64,000 nt of DNA from a virus (taxonomy: Duplodnaviria; Caudoviricetes), in IMG/VR virus record IMGVR_UViG_3300025831_000006, positions 6,331-70,330 of that record, one strand, 5' to 3'. The notes below the pieces were generated by a model. The model ran no database searches, was not told where the DNA came from, and saw only the letters and a program-made list of their open reading frames with translations. The position numbers and the translations under genes were made by a program. Shown in pieces: positions 9,242 to 18,480 of the stretch. Numbering within the stretch: position 1 is the stretch's first letter; each line of letters begins with the position of its first letter.

Positions 9242-9748
9242 TTATTCCTTAGGTAGTGGTGTTGGGTTGATGAGGCACATCGCTTTTATGTGACTGTCTA
9301 CCTTAACTGGTAGCACTAGTGCATCGACTAGCTCTTTCAAGTGGGTATCTGCGGCGTTCCTTGCCATTTCTCGAATTTCTCCTTGCATATAATTAAGGTA
9401 TTCGTAGTGAAATGACTTAGTGAGCCGTGCTTTCTCAGTGGGGGTAAGCACTGGCATCCCAATATCTGCTAGCCACTCTTTGATTGCAGTGGCTTGGACA
9501 TTTTTAAAGAAGTCACCAGCCGTGGAATTGCCGCTGCGTCCGTTACAGTGATCAAGCTCCCAGCCGTTATCGTATCGGCAGTCAAAGCCAAGTAGCTTCA
9601 AGGTGGCTGTTTTGCTGTTGGCATCCAACATATCTTTGACACGTTTTTTCAGCGTTTCTGGTGAGTTTTCTTGCTGCCATTCCACGATGGCAGAAGCTAG
9701 CACAGGAAGCACAGCATCAATAGCGTTGATTAGTTCTGGTGGTGGCAT
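9242..9748 (-). CDS. Hypothetical protein
   Basis: 168-aa ORF in operon context. Confidence 0.65.
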   Translation of the reverse strand: MPPPELINAIDAVLPVLASAIVEWQQENSPETLKKRVKDMLDANSKTATLKLLGFDCRYDNGWELDHCNGRSGNSTAGDFFKNVQATAIKEWLADIGMPVLTPTEKARLTKSFHYEYLNYMQGEIREMARNAADTHLKELVDALVLPVKVDSHIKAMCLINPTPLPKE

Positions 9749-9891
9749 TCATTGCTTTCAGTAGGGTGTTGTGGTATGTCCCAAGCAAGGTGACGACATC
9801 ATTTTTGGTGTTGATGGGGAGCTTGGATTCAGCATAATCGATGACATCCTGCACGCTACCCATGGTAGGGAATAGTGTTAGATGTTCTGGC

Positions 9892-10293
9892 TTAGTACTT
9901 GAAGGGTTGCTGTTGAGAGGCATTGGCTTGAGCTTGTTGAGCAATTTCAGCTAGTTTGACTAAACCGCTGGTATAAAAATAGGAAGCCAGGTCTTGCTTA
10001 GAACACTGGTTCAGGTAAATTTGAATGTTGTTCTGTGTTAGGGCTGGTACTGACATAGCTGCTTTGAGGCCAACGAGATCAAGCCCATGTTCTCTGAGGT
10101 ATTGCATGACCTGATAGGCCTCACCTTTGAGTCGGGGCACCGGTGTGGCCAGACCGCGTTCTTCAAGTACCCGACCGATGGTGCGGGCAGATGTTTTAAA
10201 GTGCTCGGCCAGCTCTTTTATATTCATGGTTTTATGGCTGTAGGCCAAACAGATGTGGTCTTTGGACAGTGCATCAAAACATTTGACTTTCAT
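9892..10293 (-). CDS. Putative HTH DNA-binding protein
   Basis: NIKELAEHFKTSARTIGRVL helix-turn-helix pattern. Confidence 0.65.
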   Translation of the reverse strand: MKVKCFDALSKDHICLAYSHKTMNIKELAEHFKTSARTIGRVLEERGLATPVPRLKGEAYQVMQYLREHGLDLVGLKAAMSVPALTQNNIQIYLNQCSKQDLASYFYTSGLVKLAEIAQQAQANASQQQPFKY

Positions 10294-10619
10294 TTGATTT
10301 GCTTTCTATTCACTGGGAGCTTGGTTTTTTGTCGATATTGGTAAGCCGCTAATACATGGGGTGCAACGACTACGATAAGTTTGGCAACCCGGAGGGCCAC
10401 AGGGGCAAAGCGGAGGAACACCGCATGAAGGCTCATAACCACCCTCCAGTTACTTTGGGTGGAGTAGTAGCTGGGGTAAATCCCAAGGGCCACTGCAGGT
10501 TGTGAACCAGCGGTGCAGGCTTGGGCGCCAGCCCACGTTTTTCCTGCTGCTGTGCCCATGAGCCTTTCCAGAGCGTGATCGGCATCTGTTTGCCGTTGAT
10601 GCATGGTCCATAGCTCATG

Positions 10620-10910
10620 TCAGTCCTCACTATTCAAGACATGCTCTTTGAATTCGCTCTTGTCAAGACTGTCTGGCTTGGTCTTTTGGAGCCAGCTCGC
10701 AGCAAAATCAGCCCAGCCAGTAATCTGGTAGGCACCAGCATCTGTGAGTTGTTTCACATTAGGACCGCTGCAGCGCCAGATACGGCCATGCTGGCTGTGT
10801 TCCCCTTGCAGAAACACCACCTTGACCTCTTGGCCCATATTGGGGCTCTTGCCACGACCTAAGCCACCGATGACTAGGCAGGTGTCGCCGGACTTGATGG
10901 GCTCGTTCAT
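10620..10910 (-). CDS. Hypothetical protein (possible SH3/KOW-like fold)
   Basis: IKSGDTCLVIGG..GQEVKVV pattern; start overlaps the upstream stop (ATGA). Confidence 0.6.
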   Translation of the reverse strand: MNEPIKSGDTCLVIGGLGRGKSPNMGQEVKVVFLQGEHSQHGRIWRCSGPNVKQLTDAGAYQITGWADFAASWLQKTKPDSLDKSEFKEHVLNSED

Positions 10911-11023
10911 TTGGACAACCTTGGGAAGAGAATGGACAGCAGACCAAGCATGGCTGCCAAGAGACTCATGCCGGCCACTGTAGGCAACAGCAGGGTCCAG
11001 GGGATGTGATTAAATTTGCGCAT
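10907..11023 (-). CDS. Small membrane peptide (38 aa), not in ORF track
   Basis: Manual translation MRKFNHIPWTLLLPTVAGMSLLAAMLGLLSILFPRLSK; ATGA coupling to the next gene. Confidence 0.55.
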   Translation of the reverse strand: MRKFNHIPWTLLLPTVAGMSLLAAMLGLLSILFPRLSK

Positions 11024-11120
11024 TGGTAGCTTTGGTTAGGGTATCGGCACCGTATAGCCATTTTTCGTCTTTTGAAAAAGTTAGCTTATCGGTTGTGGAA
11101 AACGGAGAAGTCCGGGAGAA

Positions 11121-11291
11121 CTACTCAAAAGTTCTCGGCAAGGGCGGAGAAACACTTACTGGTATGCACTCCGTGACAAACAGATGGCCTCGCCACTCAT
11201 AACCAGTCAACATACCATCCTTAGAGGTCTGTACAACCTTATGCCCAAACCACCTGGCCAACCAGAATTGAAATGGGATGTCTTCCTTCAT
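11121..11291 (-). CDS. Small hypothetical protein (56 aa), not in ORF track
   Basis: Manual translation MKEDIPFQFWLARWFGHKVV...RTFE; start overlaps the thyX stop. Confidence 0.55.
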   Translation of the reverse strand: MKEDIPFQFWLARWFGHKVVQTSKDGMLTGYEWRGHLFVTECIPVSVSPPLPRTFE

Positions 11292-11968
11292 ATCAACACA
11301 TGCTTTTTAAGTGCAGCCACAGCCACCGGAACAATGGGTTCGATCAACTTCAGCATGGCTTGGGCGTAAACCCTGATTTCATACTGGCTGTGGTTGTGAA
11401 GGCGTAGGCGGAGAAAGTGGGCAAGGTTATGAAGATCGACCGTGGCGAACATATGAGAGAACGTGTTCACCGGTAGCACACCTCGGGCCAACTCACGGGG
11501 GCAGCCCGCACGAATCAACTCTTTATACGCGTAAAACGCATTGGCGCATTGACCGGAAATGGTGTCTTGAAGGTACGGAGCCAGTGGATGCTCCGTGTCA
11601 GTCCGCATCTGCTTGTTGTCTAGGCTCTGCGTGGTAATCTGGCTTACTTCTGGAATGTAGAACTCTTCTGGTAGCTCGCTATAGCGGGCAGATACCTCAT
11701 TAAAAGACCATGTGCGATGCCGATGCCACTGACGGAGCACGAAGATTGGCGCTTTCACCTCAAAGGTGAACTGCACACATTCCAGTGGACTGGTGTGGTA
11801 ATTCTTTACCAGGTAGTTAATCAGCTTGGCATCTTTGCCTTCATCCTCACCAGCTCGCCATTCAGCATCGTATGAAACCCTGGCGCTTCTAACTATGGAC
11901 AAGTCACTGCCCATTGATTCGACGAGACGGACAAGTCCGTGATTGAGTACTTTGATTTATTGGTTCAT
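11288..11968 (-). CDS. thyX: Flavin-dependent thymidylate synthase; the coupled start at 11968 is followed by an in-frame TAA at codon 4 (open frame 11288..11914)
   Basis: ARVSY, HTSPLE, RQWHRHRTWSFNEVSARY, ELARGVLP, HSQYEIR. Confidence 0.92.
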
Positions 11969-12903
11969 GAAATATCCTGTGGAAGTCGGTGGCTTATATA
12001 GCTAGGGAATCGGGGTTGGTCTTTGACGCCATGGGTCATGTGTTGGAACTTGACGATGTGGCCTACAATTTCACCAGGGTTCTGGAAGTAGTAGAGAGCT
12101 TCAGGGACTGTCATCTCACCACTACCCACAGTGCAGGGTAAACCTTTAGCAAACATGAGCTTGCCGGTCAATGGGTCATGGAAGTCAGCCAGCATGGTTC
12201 CTTGGATTGAACCAACTTGCCCATTGGGCAACATCCCGGCCGCACTTGAGCTACGCTCCGTGCGACCTAGACTGTTCTTTTTGGCTTCATTGGCATTCTG
12301 GTTGCCCTCGGTGATCCCAGTGACCAGGATCTCGGCATCGCTCCAGGGCTTAACACGCCAGAGTTCTTGTCCTTTCTTAGTCGCCCTGCCCTCCTTATGG
12401 GGTGCATCTGGGTTGCGGATGATGGTGCCTTCAAAGCCAGCAGAAGCCCAGTGAGCAGTCCACCATGCCAAGTCAGCCATGGTGTAGCAAGTCTGGTGGG
12501 GCACCAGATGAATGCGTGGATGATTCAGCTGTAGAACACGCGCAGCCAAAATGCTGTAACGATCATAGTAAGCAAGGCTTGGTTGCACCAAGTCATCAAA
12601 CACCCACCAGTGCAGGTCAGGCATCTCGGTGACATCCTTGAAACGTCCCATGGCACCCGTAGTCATAGAGCACAGACGCTCGGTAGACTTGGGATCATTG
12701 CCTAAAATCATTTCGCCATCCAGACCTACAAACTCGGGTTTGCTGAAGTAGTCGGAGATGCCGAAACCCTCAAACTCATCCAGGCTACGACCTGTCAATC
12801 GACCGGTGAAGTTCAGAGCACGCACACCGTCAATCTTAGGTTGTACCCAGCAGGGGAAGCGCACATCTTCAATAATGGCATCTTTGGCTAATTGAGGTTT
12901 CAT
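11965..12903 (-). CDS. ATP-dependent DNA ligase
   Basis: Motif I QPKIDGVRA, LDGE, FEGTIIR, RVK, C-terminal OB fold (GSG..PRFP). Probable start MKPQLAK at 12903. Confidence 0.9.
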   Translation of the reverse strand: MKPQLAKDAIIEDVRFPCWVQPKIDGVRALNFTGRLTGRSLDEFEGFGISDYFSKPEFVGLDGEMILGNDPKSTERLCSMTTGAMGRFKDVTEMPDLHWWVFDDLVQPSLAYYDRYSILAARVLQLNHPRIHLVPHQTCYTMADLAWWTAHWASAGFEGTIIRNPDAPHKEGRATKKGQELWRVKPWSDAEILVTGITEGNQNANEAKKNSLGRTERSSSAAGMLPNGQVGSIQGTMLADFHDPLTGKLMFAKGLPCTVGSGEMTVPEALYYFQNPGEIVGHIVKFQHMTHGVKDQPRFPSYISHRLPQDIS

Positions 12904-13063
12904 GTTGTTAGTTTGTATAACTGCCGCGATATGAAGGCAGAATGGTTTCACTTTTGCCCTGTTTTAGGGCGCGTTTGGTGGCACGTTCTTCAGTTTTACG
13001 TTGGCTGCTCCCTGCTTTGTACATGGGACAGCCGCAGGACTTGGGTGGCTGCTTATGCGTGGC

Positions 13064-13477
13064 CTACCACCAGCGGTCATACAAGACCGCTTGACCATCC
13101 ACGATTGCTTTACGGGCATCGGTGATGAATGTCTTGGTTGACGTAATGTCTTCTGGATACATTTGGTCGTTGCCAAAAAAGAAACCTTTTGTTGGCGGTA
13201 AGTTCTTTTCTGGATCGCCGATTGCCACTTCAAGAGCGGCCAGATCTGCAGTGTCCAGACGCACTGTTGTGCAATTAAAGGACTTGGCTGTGCCTCCTTT
13301 AGCTCGGTAAAGCTTCTCCATCCAACCGTGTAGATGATTGAACTTACGCCAGCAAGCGAGTTTAATAACCTGGGTGCCTTCAGACCCAGCCGTGATATCC
13401 ACTTGTTGATTCCCAGCTACAGCAGCTGGAACAGCCATGGCAAACATATCTAAGCCCACGATTGGCTCCTTATTCAA
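13064..13477 (-). CDS. Conserved phage hypothetical protein
   Basis: MGLDMF..WRKFNHLHGWM..GFFFG motif pattern. Confidence 0.7.
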   Translation of the reverse strand: MNKEPIVGLDMFAMAVPAAVAGNQQVDITAGSEGTQVIKLACWRKFNHLHGWMEKLYRAKGGTAKSFNCTTVRLDTADLAALEVAIGDPEKNLPPTKGFFFGNDQMYPEDITSTKTFITDARKAIVDGQAVLYDRWW

Positions 13478-13482
13478 TAGAC

Positions 13483-13516
13483 AAAAAAAATGACCGCATC
13501 CTTTCGGATGTGGTCA
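13483..13516 (-). terminator. Rho-independent terminator after RNAP2
   Basis: TGACCACATCC-GAAA-GGATGCGGTCA followed by T8. Confidence 0.9.
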
Positions 13517-13569
13517 TAGTTGGGAAGGATTCTTCCAATTCACGAAGTGGCCGGATGGCCACATGTTGA

Positions 13570-14568
13570 TCAACAAAGCCCGTAAGCACTCTTCCTGATC
13601 AGATCACCCAGGTTGAGTGATAATTTGTTGAAGGTACCTGGCTTGTTGTTGATCTGGCTCAACAGGTCATCCAGTACATTGCTGTCAGCAATGTCAGCCA
13701 GTATCTCTTTGTACTGGTAGCGTACATGGTTCACGTTATTAGCGTGAGCCTTAAATTCATCATGCACGGTTACCAGATCAAAGGGTTCGTACTGCAGCAT
13801 CCCTTCAAGGATGCCAGCCAGGGCCTTGATATGCTCTGTGCTCAGACACTTCACAGTGTCTTCATTCAGATAAGGCAGGATGACAATATCAGCCAAGGTA
13901 CTGCGGGCATATTGTTCGCGGTAATAGCCTACCTTGTCATCAAGATACAAATCGTCACGGGTCACACCCAGACTACGCTGGATCAGCTCCATCTCGATGA
14001 TGTAGTTGGCTTCTTCTGCGATTTCACGATCGTAGTTGCAGCGCCGGTGCATACATCGCAAAATATAGCCATCGACCGAGTGGGTCAAATTTGCCACGTT
14101 TGAAAGCCCTGCCCTTGAGCCCTGGTTTTCAAAGAACTCATAGCTGAAGGTGGCATGATCAAGCTCGTCGATCTCGATTCGTACCTCTTTCTTGGTCATG
14201 ACTTTGATGCGAGCATCAAAGCCGTCTGGCAGCTTCCAGCTGTGGACAAGGGCATAGGGTTGCCAAGACGCCAATAGGTCTTGTAGCAGCTCCCAGGCCC
14301 CTGGAGCGACCTGTTTGGCAGCCTGGTAAAAAGCATTGAGCTGAGGTGTATTTTCACCGAAGACTTCCTTGGGTACGAGCTTAGAGCCGTAATAGGAGGT
14401 CATCAGGCAACGCTTGGCATCTGCCCTTGACACCACCAACCCACCACCGAGGATGCTATCCATGATTGAAGTGGTCTTGGTATAAGCATCAGCCCGGACA
14501 TTGGGGTCTACAAGACCTGTTGCTGTAGCACCGGCAATGCAGCCTGTAAGGGCTGACATAACTTGTAT
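13570..14568 (-). CDS. RNA polymerase II subunit 2 (N4 gp16-like), exon 2
   Basis: Resumes IQVMSALTGC; contains motif B RADAKRCLMTSYYGS and motif C TVHDEF. Confidence 0.92.
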   Translation of the reverse strand: MQVMSALTGCIAGATATGLVDPNVRADAYTKTTSIMDSILGGGLVVSRADAKRCLMTSYYGSKLVPKEVFGENTPQLNAFYQAAKQVAPGAWELLQDLLASWQPYALVHSWKLPDGFDARIKVMTKKEVRIEIDELDHATFSYEFFENQGSRAGLSNVANLTHSVDGYILRCMHRRCNYDREIAEEANYIIEMELIQRSLGVTRDDLYLDDKVGYYREQYARSTLADIVILPYLNEDTVKCLSTEHIKALAGILEGMLQYEPFDLVTVHDEFKAHANNVNHVRYQYKEILADIADSNVLDDLLSQINNKPGTFNKLSLNLGDLIRKSAYGLC

Positions 14569-15562
14569 CGCACTCTTCACAAAAGGTCGTTACTCTTCTG
14601 CCGATTCTGTAGGCCGTGGGAGATTTCCAAAGGTATAGCCGCGCAGGATTGGGTACCTGGCTGGGCGATGCTCATTGGTGTAATGGAATCTGTTGATTAA
14701 TTGACGTTGAGTAACACCAAAAACAGCTGCCATTTCTCCCTTTGTCTTGTCATGGACTTCAATGTACTCACCACCAGGGGTAATGTAGTACCAAGGTTTA
14801 AACCCAGAATTGTCAGTACCGTGATGAGCTTTGTCAGGATTGGTCATTCCTGTCAGCTTCTCACGCATACTTTTAGCTCCAGCCACCTGTGCAGGTGTCC
14901 GATAACCATTGCCATAGCGCCGAGAAAATATTTCTCTAGTGCTACTTTGTAGTCCGGTTGTACCTTTGTTCCATGGTTCTGACCCATGCCTATCATGTGT
15001 TGTCGTCTTCAGATTGAACCAGTCAGGTGACGTGGTGCATTCGTTGATCCTTATGCAGAACTCTTCGTACTCCATAAGATCTTCCCTGGTAAGGAAGGTG
15101 GCTAAGATGACTTTGGTTACATCACGTAGGTCGTGCCTGTCCTTTGGCAAAGCTCTGCCTGAGCCCAGATAACAAGTATCTAGCTCTGGCGCAAGCGTTG
15201 TAGACCTGGCTCCGATGTATCTTTTACCATCGGCAAACGTGAGTAAGTAGGCATAGTGGTTCATAGGTATCCTTCATGTTCTGAAGTACATATTTTACCA
15301 TCTGATCTACAGATTCTGCTGCATATTTCTATGCAGACGAGACTATATCTTCGCCCTGAATAAGGGCGCTCCGCACTTCGGTGGCACTTGCCACCTATGG
15401 ACTTCATCTCCCGGTCTGGGCGGTATGTCCTAGTCGTTGAACCTTCCAAAGCGTTCCCGCTAAGGCTTGGCTGCTGATTGTCTTTTGCCATACGGCAGTC
15501 AGATTTCCCAGCAATTCACGGAGTGTTCGATATTCATTACTGAATAAAGGGGCTAAAAGTTA
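14569..15562 (-). mobile_element. Group I intron (994 nt) in the RNAP2 gene
   Basis: P GTGAATTGCTGGGAA, Q AATCAGCAGCCAAG, R GTTCAACGACTA, S AAGATATAGTCT. 5' exon ends in U paired with G in P1 (GGGU-UAA/UUA-GCCC); terminal G at 14569. Splicing gives DACCSG|IQVMS in frame, 412 aa. Confidence 0.93.
14590..15264 (-). CDS. Intron-encoded GIY-YIG homing endonuclease
   Basis: HYAY..KRYIGARS..YLGSG..E..FN pattern; lies 3' of the intron core. Confidence 0.88.
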   Translation of the reverse strand: MNHYAYLLTFADGKRYIGARSTTLAPELDTCYLGSGRALPKDRHDLRDVTKVILATFLTREDLMEYEEFCIRINECTTSPDWFNLKTTTHDRHGSEPWNKGTTGLQSSTREIFSRRYGNGYRTPAQVAGAKSMREKLTGMTNPDKAHHGTDNSGFKPWYYITPGGEYIEVHDKTKGEMAAVFGVTQRQLINRFHYTNEHRPARYPILRGYTFGNLPRPTESAEE

Positions 15563-15802
15563 ACCCGAACAGCAGGCATCAACACCCACCATGTGACCGG
15601 TGGGTAAGCCTTGTTGGGCTTTCCGAATAGCCATCACGGCTTTGATGTACAAAGGCTTGGTTTCAGCTTGATCAGCCAGTGTCTCAAGGGTATTGAGATT
15701 GGCTTCGGTCCACTGGATACGTTCTTCAAACAAAAGCTTGTCCTTGCCATACTGGTTTGCTGCATCAATGAGCAGCCACTGCCAGCCACTGTAGTCCTTC
15801 AT
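15563..15802 (-). CDS. RNA polymerase II subunit 2, exon 1
   Basis: LLIDAANQYGKDKLLFEERIQW..GVDACCSG (motif A Asp). Confidence 0.92.
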
Positions 15803-15816
15803 GATTGTTTCCTTGG

Positions 15817-16032
15817 TTAAGTTAATAATAAGATAGATGCTAAAAGTGCTTTGGGAACTTCACCAGTAGGGAATGGTGTGCTATCCATTTGATACCATTT
15901 ACGCTCATCGGCTTGGTAAACATAGCCTCCGTTGTAGAGTTCAAGATCACATTGAACCTGAAGGGCTCTAAAGCTGTCTTTGGTGTATTCCCCATAGAGC
16001 AGCCCTGCGTAGAACACCAGAACCCTACTCAA
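15817..16032 (-). CDS. Hypothetical protein between the RNAP1 and RNAP2 genes
   Basis: 71-aa ORF whose start overlaps the RNAP1 stop. Confidence 0.6.
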   Translation of the reverse strand: MSRVLVFYAGLLYGEYTKDSFRALQVQCDLELYNGGYVYQADERKWYQMDSTPFPTGEVPKALLASILLLT

Positions 16033-16982
16033 GGTGCACCATCAACGTATTCCTCATGGGCAAACTCCAGCATGGCTTTCTTGAAGGCTGCTCCTTGAGG
16101 ATTGATGTGGTAGCCGTAGCTGTATATCCGGCCCCGTTTATCCACTTTGTGAGTGAAAAAGAAGCGGTTGCCTTGTTGTGCCATCAGGGAATATACGGCG
16201 TAGCTTTGCTTCTTGAAATATTGCCACTGATCTGTCTTCACCTGGCTATCCAGCTCAAAGGTTGGTTCCTCTTCCACAGTACTAAGGAACTGCGTATCGA
16301 GCTGCAATGCCACCCGGTTCATGGTGTTAAGCACATCCAAGCAGAGGTCGCCATCATGGTGATTGCCAGACCCTAACAACAGTGAGTCGTTATGGGTCAG
16401 GTAGCCACTACTGTAGTTATGGGTTAATTCCAAAGGTTCACACACCATGGGTGGCAGGAACTGGCTGTTCTCAATGAAGGTAACTAGGCTGTCCGCAAGC
16501 GGAATCCGGGATACCACCATTAAGCTGGCCATTTTGTTCTCCTTGGTGATGTCAAAGGCGTCGGTCTGGCACAACACTGCCATCAGTTCTGCAACAGTCG
16601 TGATTGCTTCGGTGCGATCACTGAACTTCAGGCGGGATGCCAGCTGGGCCGAAACGCTGGTAAATAGCTCTGGCCGTAGTGCGTAAGCAATACCAACAAA
16701 AATGTCCATCACCATGACTGGGATGTCTATTTCTTGAAGTTGGGCAATACGTGCCATTTTGGAGTCGTAATACGTCTCTGCTATGTAGGTTTGTACCAGG
16801 GTGATACCCCGAGCAACCTTGGCCATCATGGTAGGGTTTTCCTCAATAGCAGTGCGTATCTTTACGTCAATATGCTTACGGTTGTAGCGAGTTTCGTTCA
16901 TCTCCTGGAGGATAATTTCTCGCATGGTTTCAGTTGACATAAGTACTCCAGAAAAGGTTGAAGAAAGGGAAAGAAAGCGCAC
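16029..16982 (-). CDS. RNA polymerase II subunit 1 (N4 gp15-like)
   Basis: HKVDKRGRIYSYGYHINPQG (DxxGR motif), PPMVCEP. Confidence 0.92.
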   Translation of the reverse strand: MRFLSLSSTFSGVLMSTETMREIILQEMNETRYNRKHIDVKIRTAIEENPTMMAKVARGITLVQTYIAETYYDSKMARIAQLQEIDIPVMVMDIFVGIAYALRPELFTSVSAQLASRLKFSDRTEAITTVAELMAVLCQTDAFDITKENKMASLMVVSRIPLADSLVTFIENSQFLPPMVCEPLELTHNYSSGYLTHNDSLLLGSGNHHDGDLCLDVLNTMNRVALQLDTQFLSTVEEEPTFELDSQVKTDQWQYFKKQSYAVYSLMAQQGNRFFFTHKVDKRGRIYSYGYHINPQGAAFKKAMLEFAHEEYVDGAP

Positions 16983-16998
16983 ATCTGTGCGCCTTCCT

Positions 16999-17364
16999 TT
17001 AGTAATTGACGATGTTCACTAGTTTGCTTTTAGATTGCATGTACTGGATCATGTCGTTGGTGCCCTTGGATTGACCGTCCCAGAAAGCCAGCAGACCGTC
17101 TGCTACATCACCCATGGCATGGTTACGGATGAATCCAGCACACTTGCCATGACGATCCCAGTCAGCCGGAAACTCGTGTAGCTTCACGTTGTTTTCTCGT
17201 GCAAAGCGAACACCTAAAGCATCAGCTCCTCTGGCCATGCCACTGACAATACTTACTTCCCGGTCAGCTAGTTCAACATCGGCTATGGCAAACAAGGCTC
17301 TGCGCAACAACTCATAATTGTTAAAGTCACGCCCACCTGCCACGATCAGTTTGAATTCTTTCAT
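16999..17364 (-). CDS. Stand-alone SLOG-family (YspA/DUF2493-like) protein
   Basis: IVAGGRDF..IVSGMARGADALG..AGFIRNHAM..AFWDGQSKGT. Confidence 0.85.
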   Translation of the reverse strand: MKEFKLIVAGGRDFNNYELLRRALFAIADVELADREVSIVSGMARGADALGVRFARENNVKLHEFPADWDRHGKCAGFIRNHAMGDVADGLLAFWDGQSKGTNDMIQYMQSKSKLVNIVNY

Positions 17365-17367
17365 GGC

Positions 17368-17631
17368 TCAGACCGCCATTGGTGTTGCAAGCTGTCCACG
17401 GATGCCCTGGATCCGATCATTGAGATCGATGCTGGACATATTTTGGTAGACATGTGCTGACCAGGCATTGAAAGCCTCCTGGTATTCGTTGTGCTTTTTG
17501 GCAGTCTGTTCCAGGGCAGTATGTGCTGTTTTGCCAGCACGCCAGACACGGATGTCATCACTGTAGTCAAAGTACCAGTCATGGTGGGTCAATGCAGCCA
17601 CATAGGCATTAAATTCTTCAAGAGTAGGCAT
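17368..17631 (-). CDS. Early hypothetical protein
   Basis: HHDWYFDYSDD motif; 87 aa, directly downstream of a promoter hairpin. Confidence 0.7.
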   Translation of the reverse strand: MPTLEEFNAYVAALTHHDWYFDYSDDIRVWRAGKTAHTALEQTAKKHNEYQEAFNAWSAHVYQNMSSIDLNDRIQGIRGQLATPMAV

Positions 17632-17683
17632 AACAGTCTCCAGGTTGGTTTATTGAGGAGCGAAGCAAGGCAACGCCACCGCA

Positions 17684-17696
17684 TGTCCGGAGGACA
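17684..17696 (-). promoter_or_regulatory. vRNAP-type early promoter hairpin
   Basis: Template (+) strand TGTCC-GGA-GGACA. Confidence 0.75.
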
Positions 17697-17780
17697 CGGC
17701 TAGCGCACAATGCTTGACTGTCTTAGCTGAAGTTTTCTGTCCCCTGTCTGTGTTGGTTGGCCCAACGTAACAGGTAAACA

Positions 17781-17835
17781 GGGGAAAAACAAAGACCGTC
17801 ACCAACCTACCTCGTGGGTAGATCAGTGACGGTCA
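17781..17835 (-). terminator. Long hairpin terminator after the gp2-like gene
   Basis: GACCGTCAC..CTACC/GGTAG..GTGACGGTC followed by TTTGTTTTT. Confidence 0.75.
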
Positions 17836-17849
17836 AAGCAGCTGGGTGG

Positions 17850-18122
17850 TTAGTCCAGCGCGAAGCCTGCGGTATCCGCTGGGGATGCCGATTGGTACTC
17901 GACTTCCAGCTTGGCCAGGATCTTGGCAGCATTGCCAACAGGATCCTCATTCAGCCAAGCCATAAGCAGCTTTTCAGCAGGCTTGGCTTCCTTCAAGGGA
18001 ATTGCGCCCAATTTGCGGCGCTTGCCACCATCTTTGGCGGGCAGATACAAGTTCAGAAATCCTTGTGCTTTCCAGCTATCGTTAGCGGTAGTGACAGAAG
18101 CGGTGTTGGATTGAAAGGCCAT
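17850..18122 (-). CDS. N4 gp2-like ssDNA-binding activator of RNAP II
   Basis: KAQGFLNLYLP..GKRRKLGAIPL, matching my recollection of N4 gp2; early position. Confidence 0.8.
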   Translation of the reverse strand: MAFQSNTASVTTANDSWKAQGFLNLYLPAKDGGKRRKLGAIPLKEAKPAEKLLMAWLNEDPVGNAAKILAKLEVEYQSASPADTAGFALD

Positions 18123-18169
18123 GAGATTTACTCCAAAAGTAGATTGACAGGCAGGATTTGCCCGTTTTA

Positions 18170-18182
18170 TGGCCGGAGGCCA
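18170..18182 (-). promoter_or_regulatory. vRNAP-type early promoter hairpin
   Basis: Template (+) strand TGGCC-GGA-GGCCA, upstream of the gp2-like gene. Confidence 0.78.
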
Positions 18183-18392
18183 CGAAGTTGTTGTGATTTA
18201 CCGTCCCAATAGCACTGCTATGGTGCGTGCAAAGAGTGTAGGGGTGTTAGTTGTTGACAAGTTTGAGATAGAACAGGTTTGTGGGGATAGATATGTTTCT
18301 ACTGTAGGACATGTTGTATAGCAACCATCCACGGAATACCTGCGTATTACATAGGTGGCTGCTTAACTGACAGAGTAGGTGTATCTGTGGCT

Positions 18393-18470
18393 TTAGCCCC
18401 GCCATGCCAGCAACACCCCAATGAAGGCGAAGATGACAAGGGTCGCAACGGTGTAGAAGAAGTCTTGCAC
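18393..18470 (-). CDS. 25-aa membrane peptide, not in ORF track
   Basis: Manual translation MQDFFYTVATLVIFAFIGVLLAWRG (GTG start). Confidence 0.6.
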   Translation of the reverse strand: MQDFFYTVATLVIFAFIGVLLAWRG

Positions 18471-18480
18471 GACTGCTACT

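Noticed and set aside
10385-10397. CCC-GGA-GGG as a fifth vRNAP promoter
   Set aside because: The stem is only 3 bp and the adjacent AT of the consensus is missing.
11957-11959. Alternative genetic code (TAA recoding)
   Set aside because: TAA terminates many well-defined genes here (e.g. pol, capsid, vRNAP), so the thyX case is isolated.
15261-15491. 76-aa ORF between the RNAP2 exons
   Set aside because: It overlaps the intron catalytic core and is best treated as a chance ORF.
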